DNA of 64,000 nucleotides. Origin: Geosiphon pyriformis uo1. Taxonomy: Eukaryota > Fungi > Glomeromycota. Position numbers and translations under genes: made by a program. Every line of letters starts with the position of its first letter. Positions within the stretch are counted from its first letter, which is position 1. The notes beneath the pieces are model-generated. The model saw only the letters and a list, made by a program, of their open reading frames with translations, had not been told where the DNA came from and ran no database searches. The DNA lies in the NCBI GenBank assembly GCA_016748015.1, contig JAAOMT010000175.1:105395-169394 (forward strand). Reading direction: 5' to 3'. Of the stretch, positions 12,857 to 25,700 are shown piece by piece.

Positions 12857-15800
12857 TAATATCTGATTTGTTAACATAAATGCTCAAAAAAATTATTATT
12901 AAACCAAAAAACTTATTTTGTTAATAGTATATTAACTAAATTAAGCCAATAATTTAGAATGAAGTAATTATTATTATTACTATATTACTCATAAATAAAC
13001 AGACTGGTAGAACAATTTAACCAAATATTGTGTAAAACATTAGCAAAAATAAGTTATAAAAATATACAAGAATAAAACTTAATTATATTTTTTGTATTAT
13101 TTGTATACTGAATATTAAAGCAAAATATTATTTAGTTTACACTGTTTAAATTAGTTTACAGAAGGAAAACCACTCTATTTATTGAACAAAAAATACTTTT
13201 TTTCTTAACAAAAACAATTATTGAAAAAAATTTTGAAGTTATATTATACTAAAGAACATACTAGCTTATAAAAACATTAGAAAACAATTGAAAAACAGCA
13301 GCTAACAATATTAGTAATACTCAGGAATAACAGAAAAAAAGACATAATAATTACTTATTTAATCAATCAATTGAATTTAAAATTTAAAATTAAATACTAT
13401 TATATTATATAAAGACTAAAAAACAGTGGAATAAAAAATTTAACCCAAAGTAAAATAAACTATTTCACATACATAAAGTTTTAGGCAATAAAGCTTACAA
13501 ATTACAAATCAAAGAAAAATTTTTAAAAAAAATAGTACATGAAAATTATCTAGAAATTTATCATACTAAACAAAAGTTATTGTCATTTGTACTTTAATTA
13601 GAAAAATAAATTTTATTAATTAGACCAAAAAATATATCACAAAATCTGGAACCAATTATTGTTATTAAAATATAGTCAATATATGATAATTTAAATTGAA
13701 AAATTTAAATATATATAAAGACCAAAACAGCAAAAAAAAGATGATAGAACTTTTAATATGGATTTTTCAGATAAAATTTTAAAACTTTTAAAACAACTAT
13801 TTAAAGCAATTTAACAATTCATAATACTGATTGAAATTATAATTGATAAAAAAGAGATATGATACAGAAATTTGTGCAAAAAAGAAGTGAATAAGAGTTC
13901 AACTAAAATTAAACATTTCTATTTTTATGAATAATTAAGAAAAAAAAAAGATAAATGTTAAACAAAGCTTAACAAAATTAAGGAAACTTTAAGTAGACTA
14001 ATTTTGGAACCAATAACAAAAGACTAGACACTAGAAATCTTTAAAGCATACCTATTAATATATTAGTTCTTTAAAATTGACAAAAAATTTGACCTATAAA
14101 TACCATATCTAGATACTAATAAATAAATATTTAACAAAAAAACTTTGAAACAAGTAGAAAAATTTGTTAAAAAAAACAATCTGATACTGTATTATAAGAT
14201 AACATACCAACTGTATTTAATATTCAAATGTTGTTTAGCAATATTGTTAAACAATTTATTAAAGTCTATTACAATTAACAACATAAGACAAGCAATACTT
14301 AATACAACAATTAAATATTATATCAAAAGAACAATTTTTATAGATACATATAATTTTGCAAAAGCTTAATTTTAAAAAAAAAAAATAATGTTATCTAATA
14401 AGAAAAACCAATTCAAAAAAATATTGAGAAAAATGTGATTAAAAAACATGATAACTTAAAATTGCTAAACTTAAACCAAACCCAAACACATACAACAAGT
14501 TTGGTTCAATTTTAGTTTAAAGTTTATGAATATGTTTAGGTTTGACTATTAAAAACATTATATTATATTATATTATTATTTAATTTTTTTTTCAATGGTC
14601 TTTGTATCTATAATTAAAAACACTGTGCTGTTTTTATAGTTTTAAGCACTAAGTAAAATCTTATATTTGTAATCAAATTTCCATTTGCAAAAAAAATGTG
14701 TTCAAAATCAATAGATAATTTTTGGATTGCCAAATAATTACAAATCATATATGTAAGACAAAAAAATTGTATTTAATATATCTAAATATTAAATTATTAA
14801 TAAAATATTAATTTAGATAAATATTTTTTGTTATATATTTTTCATTATGTTATTATATTCATTTTCTTATTGATCACTTTTTCAGAGATATAATGATCAA
14901 TTTTGTTAAGTATTTTTTTATTATTATTATCAAAGTTTGTTTCTAATATAAATTATATGATTGATGCTATAGTATTATTATAATTGTTATTCAACAAAAA
15001 ACTGTTATTTGATGTTAATATAATGTTCAATATGTACTTTATTTCAAAGAAAGTACGCATTTTAAAGGTTTATTTATTGTGTAAGAGTTGAAAAATAAAA
15101 TCATTTAAATAAATTAATAACTTATAATTCTTTCATTTTATTAATATTATCATTTGAAAATTTCTTCTTTGTGAAATAATGGAATTTTTTTCTTGGATCC
15201 AATATAATGCAAAGTATTATAGTTGTATTTGTTTTAGAGTAATATTCAACCAACTTTCTTTTTGCTGTTTTAACTGCTATAACAAGTAATAAATTTAATA
15301 TTAAATGTGTTAAATAAATAACTAAATAAATACAATTATAATTATAATGTTTTACCAAATTCATTATTATCAACCATGTTTTTGACATAATTAAGAATAA
15401 TATTAAAGAAAAAAATAATTGAAAAGCAGTATTATTTAAGCTAACTGACATTTTGACTATAATATCCTTAAATAATTCAAGAAATTTAGCAATTTTACCA
15501 AACACAGTTCACTAATTATGTGAAAAAACATATTAATAAAGATCAATATAAGTGCTAGTAAGAGTGTTTAATGTTTATAAATTTATAATTAGAATTTTTG
15601 TATTCAACATATATAGAATTAGAAATAAACAATTTGCCAATTTAAGAGATAACTTATTCTTAACTATATTATAAATAAAATTTTACTAGATAAGACAATC
15701 CAAAATAAGTTTATAGTATTTAATTTAACATATATTACAGGTACATTTAAAAAGCTTAAAATATTGAAACAAGATATAGATTGCAAAGTTAAGTTTCCTA

Positions 15801-18576
15801 ATTTTTAATTTATACAAAGTTTATATTAGAAAAATTTCAGATAAATATATTTAGTTTGAGTTTTTAACAAATACTTTGCAAACATTTTATTTTATTTTAT
15901 TTAAAGTCATCTGTACTGCCAAGTTTAGAATATAATCAAAACATTAAAATCAAAAATCTTTTGAATTCTATTGAATGTTTTTCTCTTCTAATTTTCTTAT
16001 TAATTTTTTTATAAAAATACTATTATTTGTGGTATTATTGAGAGTAATAATAAAAAGCTTCAAAAAAAATTAGATTATAACTAATAAAATTAATAGTAAA
16101 CTTATATAAAAAAAAGATAAATGTAACTTTTTCTTAAACTTCTTTCTTAACTTTTTTGGCTGAAAATTTGGTTTAAGGCAATAATAAAAACCATTTAAGC
16201 TAATATTAAAAAAATGCAGTTTTCAATAATATGAGCACTATGATAATTTTGAGCCTTAAATGATGCTATTGCTAAAAATTCAGCTCTAAAACAATAATAA
16301 AAACCAACTTAAGTTAATATTGAAGAAATACAATTTTTGATGATATAAATATTATAGTAATTCTAAGTCTTAGATAATACCAATATGCTACATAATATGC
16401 CAATCTTATTATTGGCCATTGATTAATTCAAATTCATGTAAAAATATATGTACATATCTTTGATGTAATTCTATAATTTTTTAATATTTTAAAAAATCTA
16501 TTCACAATATTTATTTTATCATGTCATTCACTTATTAATTCAAAATCAATTATTGTTTGTTAAAAGTTCCAATTGTTATTAATATAATAAGCAGTAATAA
16601 AAACAAAAACTTTGTTATTAAGAGATATCCAAAAATCTAATGTAAAAAAATTTTTGAACTTAATAATATTTAAATATGCTTATTATATTATAAGTATGAG
16701 TAAGAAAAAAAAGATATTTTATAATAAAAGTAGTACTTATTCTTAATTTTTGTCTATTTAAGACATAGAGTTCTATAACTTTATTCTTAATTGTATTAAT
16801 ACAAACAAATTAAGAAGTAGATTTAAATATTAGAATATTTTGATTAATTTAAAGTCTTTCACTATAAAAAGTAATTGCTGATGATTAATAAGCTAAATAA
16901 TAATCATGTTATAAAGTTTTTTATTATCAATATTAATAGTAGTTACTACAGAAAATTAAAACAATTTTCTAATTAGATTGGCCAAAAATCATAAAAAAAA
17001 TAGCAATTTCACTCATTAAAACATTTTTTTAATTAACTTATAATTTTTTTGAACATTTTGCCTTTTTTTATAACAATTTTTTATTGTAACATATACTGTT
17101 TAGTGAGAAGTTTTTAAATAGTGTTATAAGAATTTAGTAATGCTTATAATTTCACAAAAAAATGGTTTATGTACACATTTTGAAACTGTATATTTAGCTG
17201 TTTTTTTTTTATCAAACTATTCTTTATTTTTTGCAGAATACTACCAAATTGTACTTAAACTTATCAAAATAGTCTTATACTTTATTCTAAAAACTACATT
17301 TACTAAAAATATTAATATTTGAACTATTTAAGTTATTAAATTCTATTATTTCGAATTTTGAATCTTTAGTAATATTAGATAATACCAACAATAAATTCAT
17401 TTTAATAAGTTAAAGAGTAGAATTGTTATATATACATAGTTTTATATACTTTTTTAACTAATTATTATAATTAAACAAAAGAATAATTAATAAACAAATA
17501 ATATAAGTTATATTTTTTTTTAATTTTATTGAACTTAAACAAGTTTATAAACTTTAAACCAGACTTAAACCGAACTTAAACTTGTTAAAAAGATTTAATA
17601 CCAAACTTAAACCAAACCTACTTTAAAAAATTGGCTCAGTTTGAGTTTAATTTGTAATTTGAACCAAACTTGAACAACACCCAAAGTTTAATTCAATTTA
17701 ATTTAATTAAAACTCTATTTAAGATAATATGAGATAATACACAATAATGTGAAATAACTAATTATAACATAGAATAATTAATTATAGTATAAAAAAATAA
17801 AGCAACAAAAATAGCAAACAATAGTTAGTAATAATAAACAATCAAAAGCAATTTTGTAAAACAAAAAATATGTATAAAAATAAGTTGTTTTAACAAAAAA
17901 AAAAACAGACAAAAAAACAGAAAAAAATATCCAATATTTTTTTACTCATATCTGTTAGATCAATTTTATCTATATATCTATATTATTATAAATAAAAAAA
18001 ATATTCAAAACCAAAATTATTTATACATAATCCACAAATTTTATGTTTAAAACTAAATTAATTGTTTTCTTATCTTTGTTTCTAATTTGATGTTTTTAGC
18101 ATAAAACTGTTTTAAACAATAATAACTTGGACTAATTACTCTTGATCATAACAATTAACAATACTATTTTTTTTATTTTTTTTTATTTTATTTTATTTTT
18201 TGTGAAGTGGCAATATTGTAAAATTAATTGTTTGTAAATAAATTTTATAATAATTTGGTAAAAAAAAAAGCTTTCTCTAAGATTAGATATTAATATTATT
18301 TTGTTAGCTTACTAAAAGAGCAAAAAGACACTATTAGATTTTAACAATTACATTCAACTAACTTGGAAAAAATAACTCATATACTTAAATTATAAACAAT
18401 CAAATATTTTTTTGTGTTTTATAACCAAAGAACTTTACAGATAAAATTAGCAAAAATTTTCAAAAACTAATATTATCAACTCATTTCCAGTATCTATAAT
18501 AAAAATATTCAAACTCTTTTATCCAGATTTAAAGCACCAAACATTATTACCATAAACTCCAAGTTTACCTGTAACA
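12857..18576 (+). mobile_element. Ty3/Gypsy element A, right part: integrase core and C-terminus, ORF3 (13758-14372), PPT, 3' LTR (14389-18576, interrupted by hAT)
   Basis: Integrase continues; A-rich PPT then TGTTATCTAATAG at 14389; LTR ends CTGTAACA at 18576; LTR homologous to the solo LTR at 52805-57945. Confidence 0.85.
14457..17717 (-). mobile_element. hAT DNA transposon (degenerate), inserted in the element A LTR
   Basis: Minus strand has a BED-finger relic (about 17100-17250), FTLD.W.S...ITAYYINNNW (about 16570-16650), ORF 15122-15505 (KFLE.FK...KLVEYY...ILDPRKK) and a hATC dimerisation relic (YLAIQ..S...E.IF, about 14620-14770). Terminus AACTCTA; AAACC(G)AAC-type subterminal repeats; probable 8-bp TSD CTTAAGAT. 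Confidence 0.88.
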
Positions 18577-20364
18577 GTATTTAAATATTATATTCTTTTA
18601 ATAACTAATTACAAAAATTTGAATTTGATTTTAATAGAATAGTTTGGTTGTTTTCTAATAATTCATGTTATTTTTTGTGTTCTAAATGTAAATTTAATTA
18701 ATTTTTCTTAAAAACTTTACTAAGCTGGTTTTTGTTCAAAAATAAACAATAATAATTTTATTATTTTTTTATTTTATAATTATTATTTATAATTCCTATC
18801 TTTTTTTTTTTTGTGTTATAAAATAAATTCATATAATCATATTTATATTGTAATTAAAACAGTTGTAATACATAATATTTATATTACAAATTAAAATTAT
18901 TAACATCAAAAAAAGTGCTTAAATTTGTTATCTTAAAACTATAATATTTTATTTTTTATACTTAGTGTATTTTAAATTAGAAAATTTAGTTCAAATTAAG
19001 TTTATATTTTTAAAAACTAAAGTTAAGTAAATAATAATATTTCTAGTTACAGTAAAATTGAAATATACAACAACATAATATGCTTGTATATATAATATAG
19101 AATTGTAAACAATAAAACATATTTTCTTATCATAAAATAAAATTAGACTAGAAAGATTGTAAACAATAATATTTATTAACAATATATACAAAAAAATAGA
19201 ATAATAGTTTCCTAAATTTTACAAATATTTGTTTTTATTGGTTTTTGTCACTTATACTGAGTTTTTGTTTATTAAAATTAATTATTTAGAGAACATCTGA
19301 TTAGTAACTTTAAAACTTTTGAGCTTAATAAACACTTTTTATTACAGATCAATTAATTGTAATTTAATTAATTTAATTATCAAATTTGAATAATATTAAT
19401 TTTAATGCTAATTTAAACAAATTAATGTCTAATACAAATAATTTAATTGAATCAAAACATATTTTTTCTTTAATATAAACATCTAAGTATAAAATAAAAC
19501 TAATAAACAGAAGTAATAAAAATTTAAAGACATTATTATTATTTAATATATTAAAAAACAACTTTTTAAGAAATTTTTCTAGATTATATAAACAAATACA
19601 AGTGTTTTTTGGTGTATTTTTGTTTATAAATTTTTTACTACTTAAATTATTTGGATTAATATAATTGGTTTTTCTATTATCATGTTTTTTAAGTCTTTTA
19701 AATTAAATGTTTTGTTAATATTTTTATTTTTGTTTTCAGCTTTACTGTTTGAAATAATATTTAAATATATTATTATTTATTAATATATTTATAGTTAAAA
19801 GCCTAATTAATGTATTCACAATTTCAAATTTATTAACAGACTTTTTGAAATATTTAATAGAACTTTTTAGTTTATAGATATATAAATCTTGATTTTTTTT
19901 GATTTAGAGCAGTTTTTTACTTTGCTTTTTCTAATAAATATAACTTTGTTTGAACTTTTGGCCAGCTTTATAAACACAAATAAATTTGTGTAAAAAAATG
20001 ATTTAAAAAATAAATGAACAAATATAACTTTTTTTTTACAAAATTTAAATATTTTATTATGGACAAAAAATTATTAAGACAAAAAGTTTTTTTAATTATT
20101 CACAATAAACTTATTTATTTAAAACTATTAGAATACATAATTTATTATTTATTTTGTTTGTTAAAAACAATAAATATTAATAATTATAATTATTAACAGA
20201 ATATTTATTTATTTTATTTTATTTTTTTTATTGTTTTATTATTTGTTGTGTTAAATTAATTAATTAATTAAAATAAATATTAAAATTATAATATTATAAA
20301 TTATTTAGTAAAACATGCAAAAATAAACATAAAATTAACTTATTAATTTTTTTTATTATGAGAT

Positions 20365-21803
20365 TTACAAGTGAAGCCTAACTGCTATTTAGTACATAAA
20401 TCCAAACTAAGTAGTTCAAACTAAATACAGCTCATGCTCTTATTATATGTGACCAGCCACTCAGGCCAGACAAAACAACACTACATGTTTATACTAACAA
20501 ATAGAACACCATCCAAACCAGAAAAAAAATGACATATTTTGTGCTTACTAAAATTAACAGCAAAAATTCTACAACACCAAACATATAAACCACTCTATTT
20601 AACAACATAGATACTATACAGCAAAACAAGCCCAAAACCACACTATTATCTTTAATCAACCCAGTTTTTTCTATATTTATCCTATGTTTGGATTTAATAA
20701 ACTATATCTTTATATAATACAACTCTATTACAAACTTTATGTATTTAACAAGAGTTAAAACAGTCTTTTTTTTCATCAAAAACCAAAACAACCTCAACAT
20801 ACCAATTTCTTAACACAAAATCTTTGCAAAGTGCAGTATACAAACTTATGTTTAAAAAACACAACAAAAGCAAATGCAAAATAACAGAAGTTAGTAAGCA
20901 AAAAAAACCAGTTAACAACATTCATCTTTTAGCAGCCTTAGCCAAAACATTTTTACAAAGACCAATGTTATCAGCACAAATAAAAACATGGTCAGACACT
21001 TTTATTTTACCACACAGCAAACACAGCATTCCAGAATAGCCTTTGTCATACAATCTTTTCTTAATTACAATTGGCAACTGTTTATGTATTGCTTTCATCA
21101 AATACATATGCAGATTAGCCAATTTTCTATTAATAAATTTCAAGAGCATATGTAAGTCAAGTTGCCAAACCTTCATAGTAGTAGTCCAATCTATCTTTCT
21201 AATCATAATACATAAAACTATGTTATAATTAAGACTGGCCTTTTAACAAACATAGCAAATTGACCAGTACAGATTACAAACAAAATGATAAGTGTTACCA
21301 AATACAGTTGTATCTTCAGCCACTAAAAACCATTTCTGAATCCCAACCAGCAAAAAAAAAGAAAAAAAAGTGGCTTTATTAGTCAATACATTAGCTCTAA
21401 CATTGCTCAGAATCTCTAAATGTTTTTTAACTTTTACCACTTAACCAAAATGGCTTTATTTTTAATAAGATTAACTACATGCCTTTTTTTAATCCAACAT
21501 TGACTGTGGAAATCAGACACAGCAAATAAAACCTTAAACATATATGTATTAATTGCAGATTGGCTGTCCAAGTACAAAACCACAATACATAAAAATAGAA
21601 CATACTCCAAAGTCAAAGCAACAGCTTGTAACTTAGCCAAAGTAAAAAACAAAAGCCTATTTACTCTAACACTAATACTTATGTCCAAAGCTAAAAAGTA
21701 AACAGCTGTTCTACTTGTTACTACAATAAAACCAGCATTCTTCAAGAATCTATCTGTGTAAATCTCAATACAATCTAACCAAATCTTTATCAAACTATTA
21801 TGT
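20365..21803 (-). mobile_element. Non-LTR retrotransposon 3' part (RNase H, CCHC zinc finger, 3' UTR); continues at 31129-31560
   Basis: IYTD(G)...LQAVALTLE...YLDSQSA...KVK.H..NVRAN; CLLCGKIKVSDHVFIC; family 3' UTR GAGTGGCTGGTCAC. Confidence 0.88.
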
Positions 21804-22661
21804 TGTTATTTATAGAATATAAGAAGTATATTAGTATATAAATTAGCCAATCAGAAATAGCCATAGTAAATATGAAATTCCAGGATTTTTCTCAGAAGAA
21901 TTGCAAAATTCCAAGAATTTCAAGATTCTTATACAAGGAATCACAGAATTCCAAAATTTCAAGATTTCTCTTAAAAGAATTGCAAGATTCCAGAAATTCC
22001 AGGATTTCTGGTGTAAAGAATTAAGAAATTGAAAAATCTCAATTATGTATATATAGTGGTAGTATTAGAAAAAAAAAAGACAGATCTCTTAGTTTAGATT
22101 TGATTTAAGCAATTTTTTTATTTACAAATATTAATAAATAACTATTTATTATCTCAATCTATTTTCCACTATTAATATTTCATGTTAATAGTAACTGATA
22201 CTTAACCATACTGGAACAATAGCTCTTAATCATGGCTATTAATGGGATACTAACATTTATTGTCTTGGCTTATTTCTTTATTTTTTTTTATTTTCTTTTG
22301 TTATTTCTTTTTGTTTTACTAAATTGATTAAAGATTAAAAAGCACTGAATTACAGATGTCATAGGGACTAGTAAAAGACCTGTAAAACAAGAATAGAACA
22401 CTTATAATTGAGAATAGCTTACTAGGAGGATTACTGGCCACTATGCTGAAAAAAAAATTTGATGGAATTGCAATTTCAGGAGGCTATTGAAATGACAATT
22501 GAATCTTTGTTCATTATATAAATAACTTAACCAAAATCTTCAAATCACAAAAACCTTCAGACACCAACAACATACAGATATTACCAACATTTTTAAATCA
22601 ATTGAGCACCAAGTTATGGGTTTGTTATTTGCTTTGAGACTTTGAATAATCATCTGTAACA
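21804..22661 (+). repeat. 5' LTR of element C
   Basis: TGTTAT...TGTAACA; GGAATTCCAGGATT-type U3 array at about 21873-22030. Confidence 0.93.
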
Positions 22662-22704
22662 TTTGGTGCTCTCTGTAAAGTATAATCCTACAAAGAACCA
22701 GCAT

Positions 22705-25700
22705 TAATAACAAGTTATCCAAAAGTGGCAAAATCAAAAATAATAGGGACAAATTATTTAGGATTTGCCAAATCCTTATTTTAACAGTACAGCCAACAAT
22801 TGGACTTAACCAACAACTATTATCCAGCAGAATCAGCCTTCAACTTTTATGTTAACAAAAAAATCACAGATTTTTTAGGAAGACCAGTTGACATTAAATT
22901 AGCAAGAAAAAATTTTTATACAGAATTAATCCAACACACCAGCTTACCACAAAATCATAGTTTCATACTAATTATCAGGGAAATCAATCAAAAAATTAAA
23001 AGATATACTCAACAACAATTCTCCATTACCTATGCAGATAAAAGTAAAGAAAAGTTACAAACACTAGTGACAATCCTAAAAAGAACACAATTACCAATGT
23101 AAAAAAAACAAAAAATTGAATTTCCACTATATCTATTATATTATTACACACTTGGAAGTACTATCAATATTGTATTAGCAGACATGTCCACATCAAACAC
23201 AACATTAACATTTGAATGACTTTCATTTCAAAGTAAACAAAAAAAAGCAGAATTATTAAGAACGTACAATAATTATTTTAAAGGATTTAAATCACAATCA
23301 CTGACTCTATCAGGATTCCAATCACCACCACTTTAACCAGATTTTGGAATCACAAGTCCTTGGGAAGTAACAAAATTGAAAGAGAAAAAAAATAAGAATT
23401 AAGAATTTAATTACCAAAATCTGATTCCAAAAAATTCAGAAATTCAAATGCCAATCATCCCAACTCAGCAAAATTAGAATAATCCAAACACCACTCCTAT
23501 TGTTCCCTAAAACCTACTACCAATAATTGTGATCAATCCACTACCAGTCTTACCAATTGCTAAACAACAACAACAACTACCATCACCTTAGCAACAACCA
23601 CAACAGCCACTGCAACAACCACAATAACCACAACCACTGCCATTTATAGCTTCAATAACATATACTCCAATCGTGAAAATCAAAAAATTTACTGGTGAAG
23701 AAGATAATGCCCAAGTATGGCTCAACAATATGGAAAAAGTCATTGCAACCAATAGATAAAACAATGACAGAGGCCTTTAAGCAATTCTCTATTTTCTTCA
23801 AAACACTGCTAATTCATGGTATTAGAGTTTAGCTGCCAAACCACAAACTTTTCAAGAATTCAAATTGGAATTTGTGAGATATTTCAGTAACAATAATAGT
23901 ATCAACCAATTGGCAAATACCTTTACCACCATTAAGCAAGGAAAAACTAAAGCAGTTACTACTTACCTAAGACACTTCTATAAAAACTTACACCAAATAC
24001 AAGCAATTGACACAAATTACTTTACAGCACCACAGATTCTAAACCAGTTTATCCATAGACTATGCAGTAGTATTCTCTAATGCATATGTTCATTATATTC
24101 AGCTAACTTTCAAGCTGCTATCACTCATGCCAGAGACTTTGAATCAGCTGAACTTAAAGCTAACCATGTCCAAACCATTAACCTAGTAATAAACAGATTA
24201 TCTGAATTAAGTTCTAAGTTGAAACAATTCAGTGATTTCATCAACCAAAAATTAGAGAGATACTTAACTAACAATTAGGCAATTTATCAATCTTCACAGT
24301 GATGTAATAATCAAGGAAATGCAAACTGTTTCCAAAATCAGTCATGTTTGTTATCATTAATCAATCAGCAATGACAGCAAAAAATGCATGTTTTTTACTA
24401 TTGTAATAAACCAAGACATTTGAGGATTAACTGCAGGTTAAGAATAGATAACCAATAATTGGGAAATCAATATCAAAACTCCAATCATCAGTTTCAAACT
24501 CCAAGATATCAACCCAACCCAGAACTATATCAACCAAATTACCTACTAGTGACACAACCACCAATCTATTAACCACTCATTTATTAGACTCTAGTACCAG
24601 TTATTTATTAACTGCAACCACAAATAATATATTAACCTCAACAAATTTCAACACTGCCACCAATCTTAGCTTAAATAACATCAAAAAATTCCAGATTTAG
24701 GATCACTTAAAACTGGAAATCAGCAATGGTTGTCTACTAGCCAATTCTCAACTCATCAAACCAGTTATCAGAATCACATCAGCAGAGTTTAAGAACTGAG
24801 TACACCCAAAACCTGAGTTCTTAAAACTATTTAAGTCTTCTGATTACTCCAGAAAATGCCACATCCAACAACTTAGAAGTCAAACAAAAGCAGCCACTTA
24901 CCAACAATATATTGCCAACAACTATTATTGAGGACAAATCACTTACTGTCATTTTTCTTTTTGAACTCGAGAAACCAGTTGAAACACTGCTATTTAGTGG
25001 AGCCACCCTAGAATCAAAACTCATCATTGCAATATATACAGAAGCTAAAGTTGATAGGCAGTACATTAAACTGATTCTGGACAGTGAATCAGCTGACAGC
25101 ATCATCACTTAACAACTTATGGATCAATTAGGTCACTAAGTTAATCACACCACTAGTGCACAAATAATCACAGTTGATAGGGCAACAAAAACTCCAATTG
25201 GTAAAATAGATGACTTTCCATTTGAAGTCAACAGCATTATAATATCAATCAAGGTATTGGTAATAAAAGCAACTCAGTACCAAGCTCTCGTTAGGAATGA
25301 CTGGCTGTTCAAAACCAATGCTGTGCTCGACTGGAACATCTAAAAACTGCAGCTTAGCCAAAACAGTCACCATATATGTGTGCCAGTCACTTATGGTTAT
25401 TTCAAGACCACTACCAATAACAAGCCACTCATCGAATTGGAAGAAGAAGAAAGAAAACCTACCTGGAAAACCTACTAAGTTTCCTGGACCAACATTAAAC
25501 ACAATGAATTACCACCAGTACTTTCCTGAAATGACAAAGGGAAAGGAAAAAAAGAAGACACACCAAAAGAAGACACCACCACAGAAGAAATAACTAGTAA
25601 CTGAAAAAAATTCTACTCACATGAGCCACTGAAACAACTACCATATATCCCACTCAAATGCCAAAATTGTGACAAGAAACTTTCTTCTATGGGAGCTTGG

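Noticed and set aside
18577-20345. Short hydrophobic ORFs in very AT-rich tracts (also 31560-32850 and 57753-57965)
   Set aside because: Compositional artefacts of AT erosion or LTR repeats; no assignable motif. The first two tracts remain unresolved relics.
22356-22730. Reading frame running from inside LTR C through the PBS into gag
   Set aside because: A TAA just before the LTR end is shared by B and C, and the frame relationship is not kept in B.
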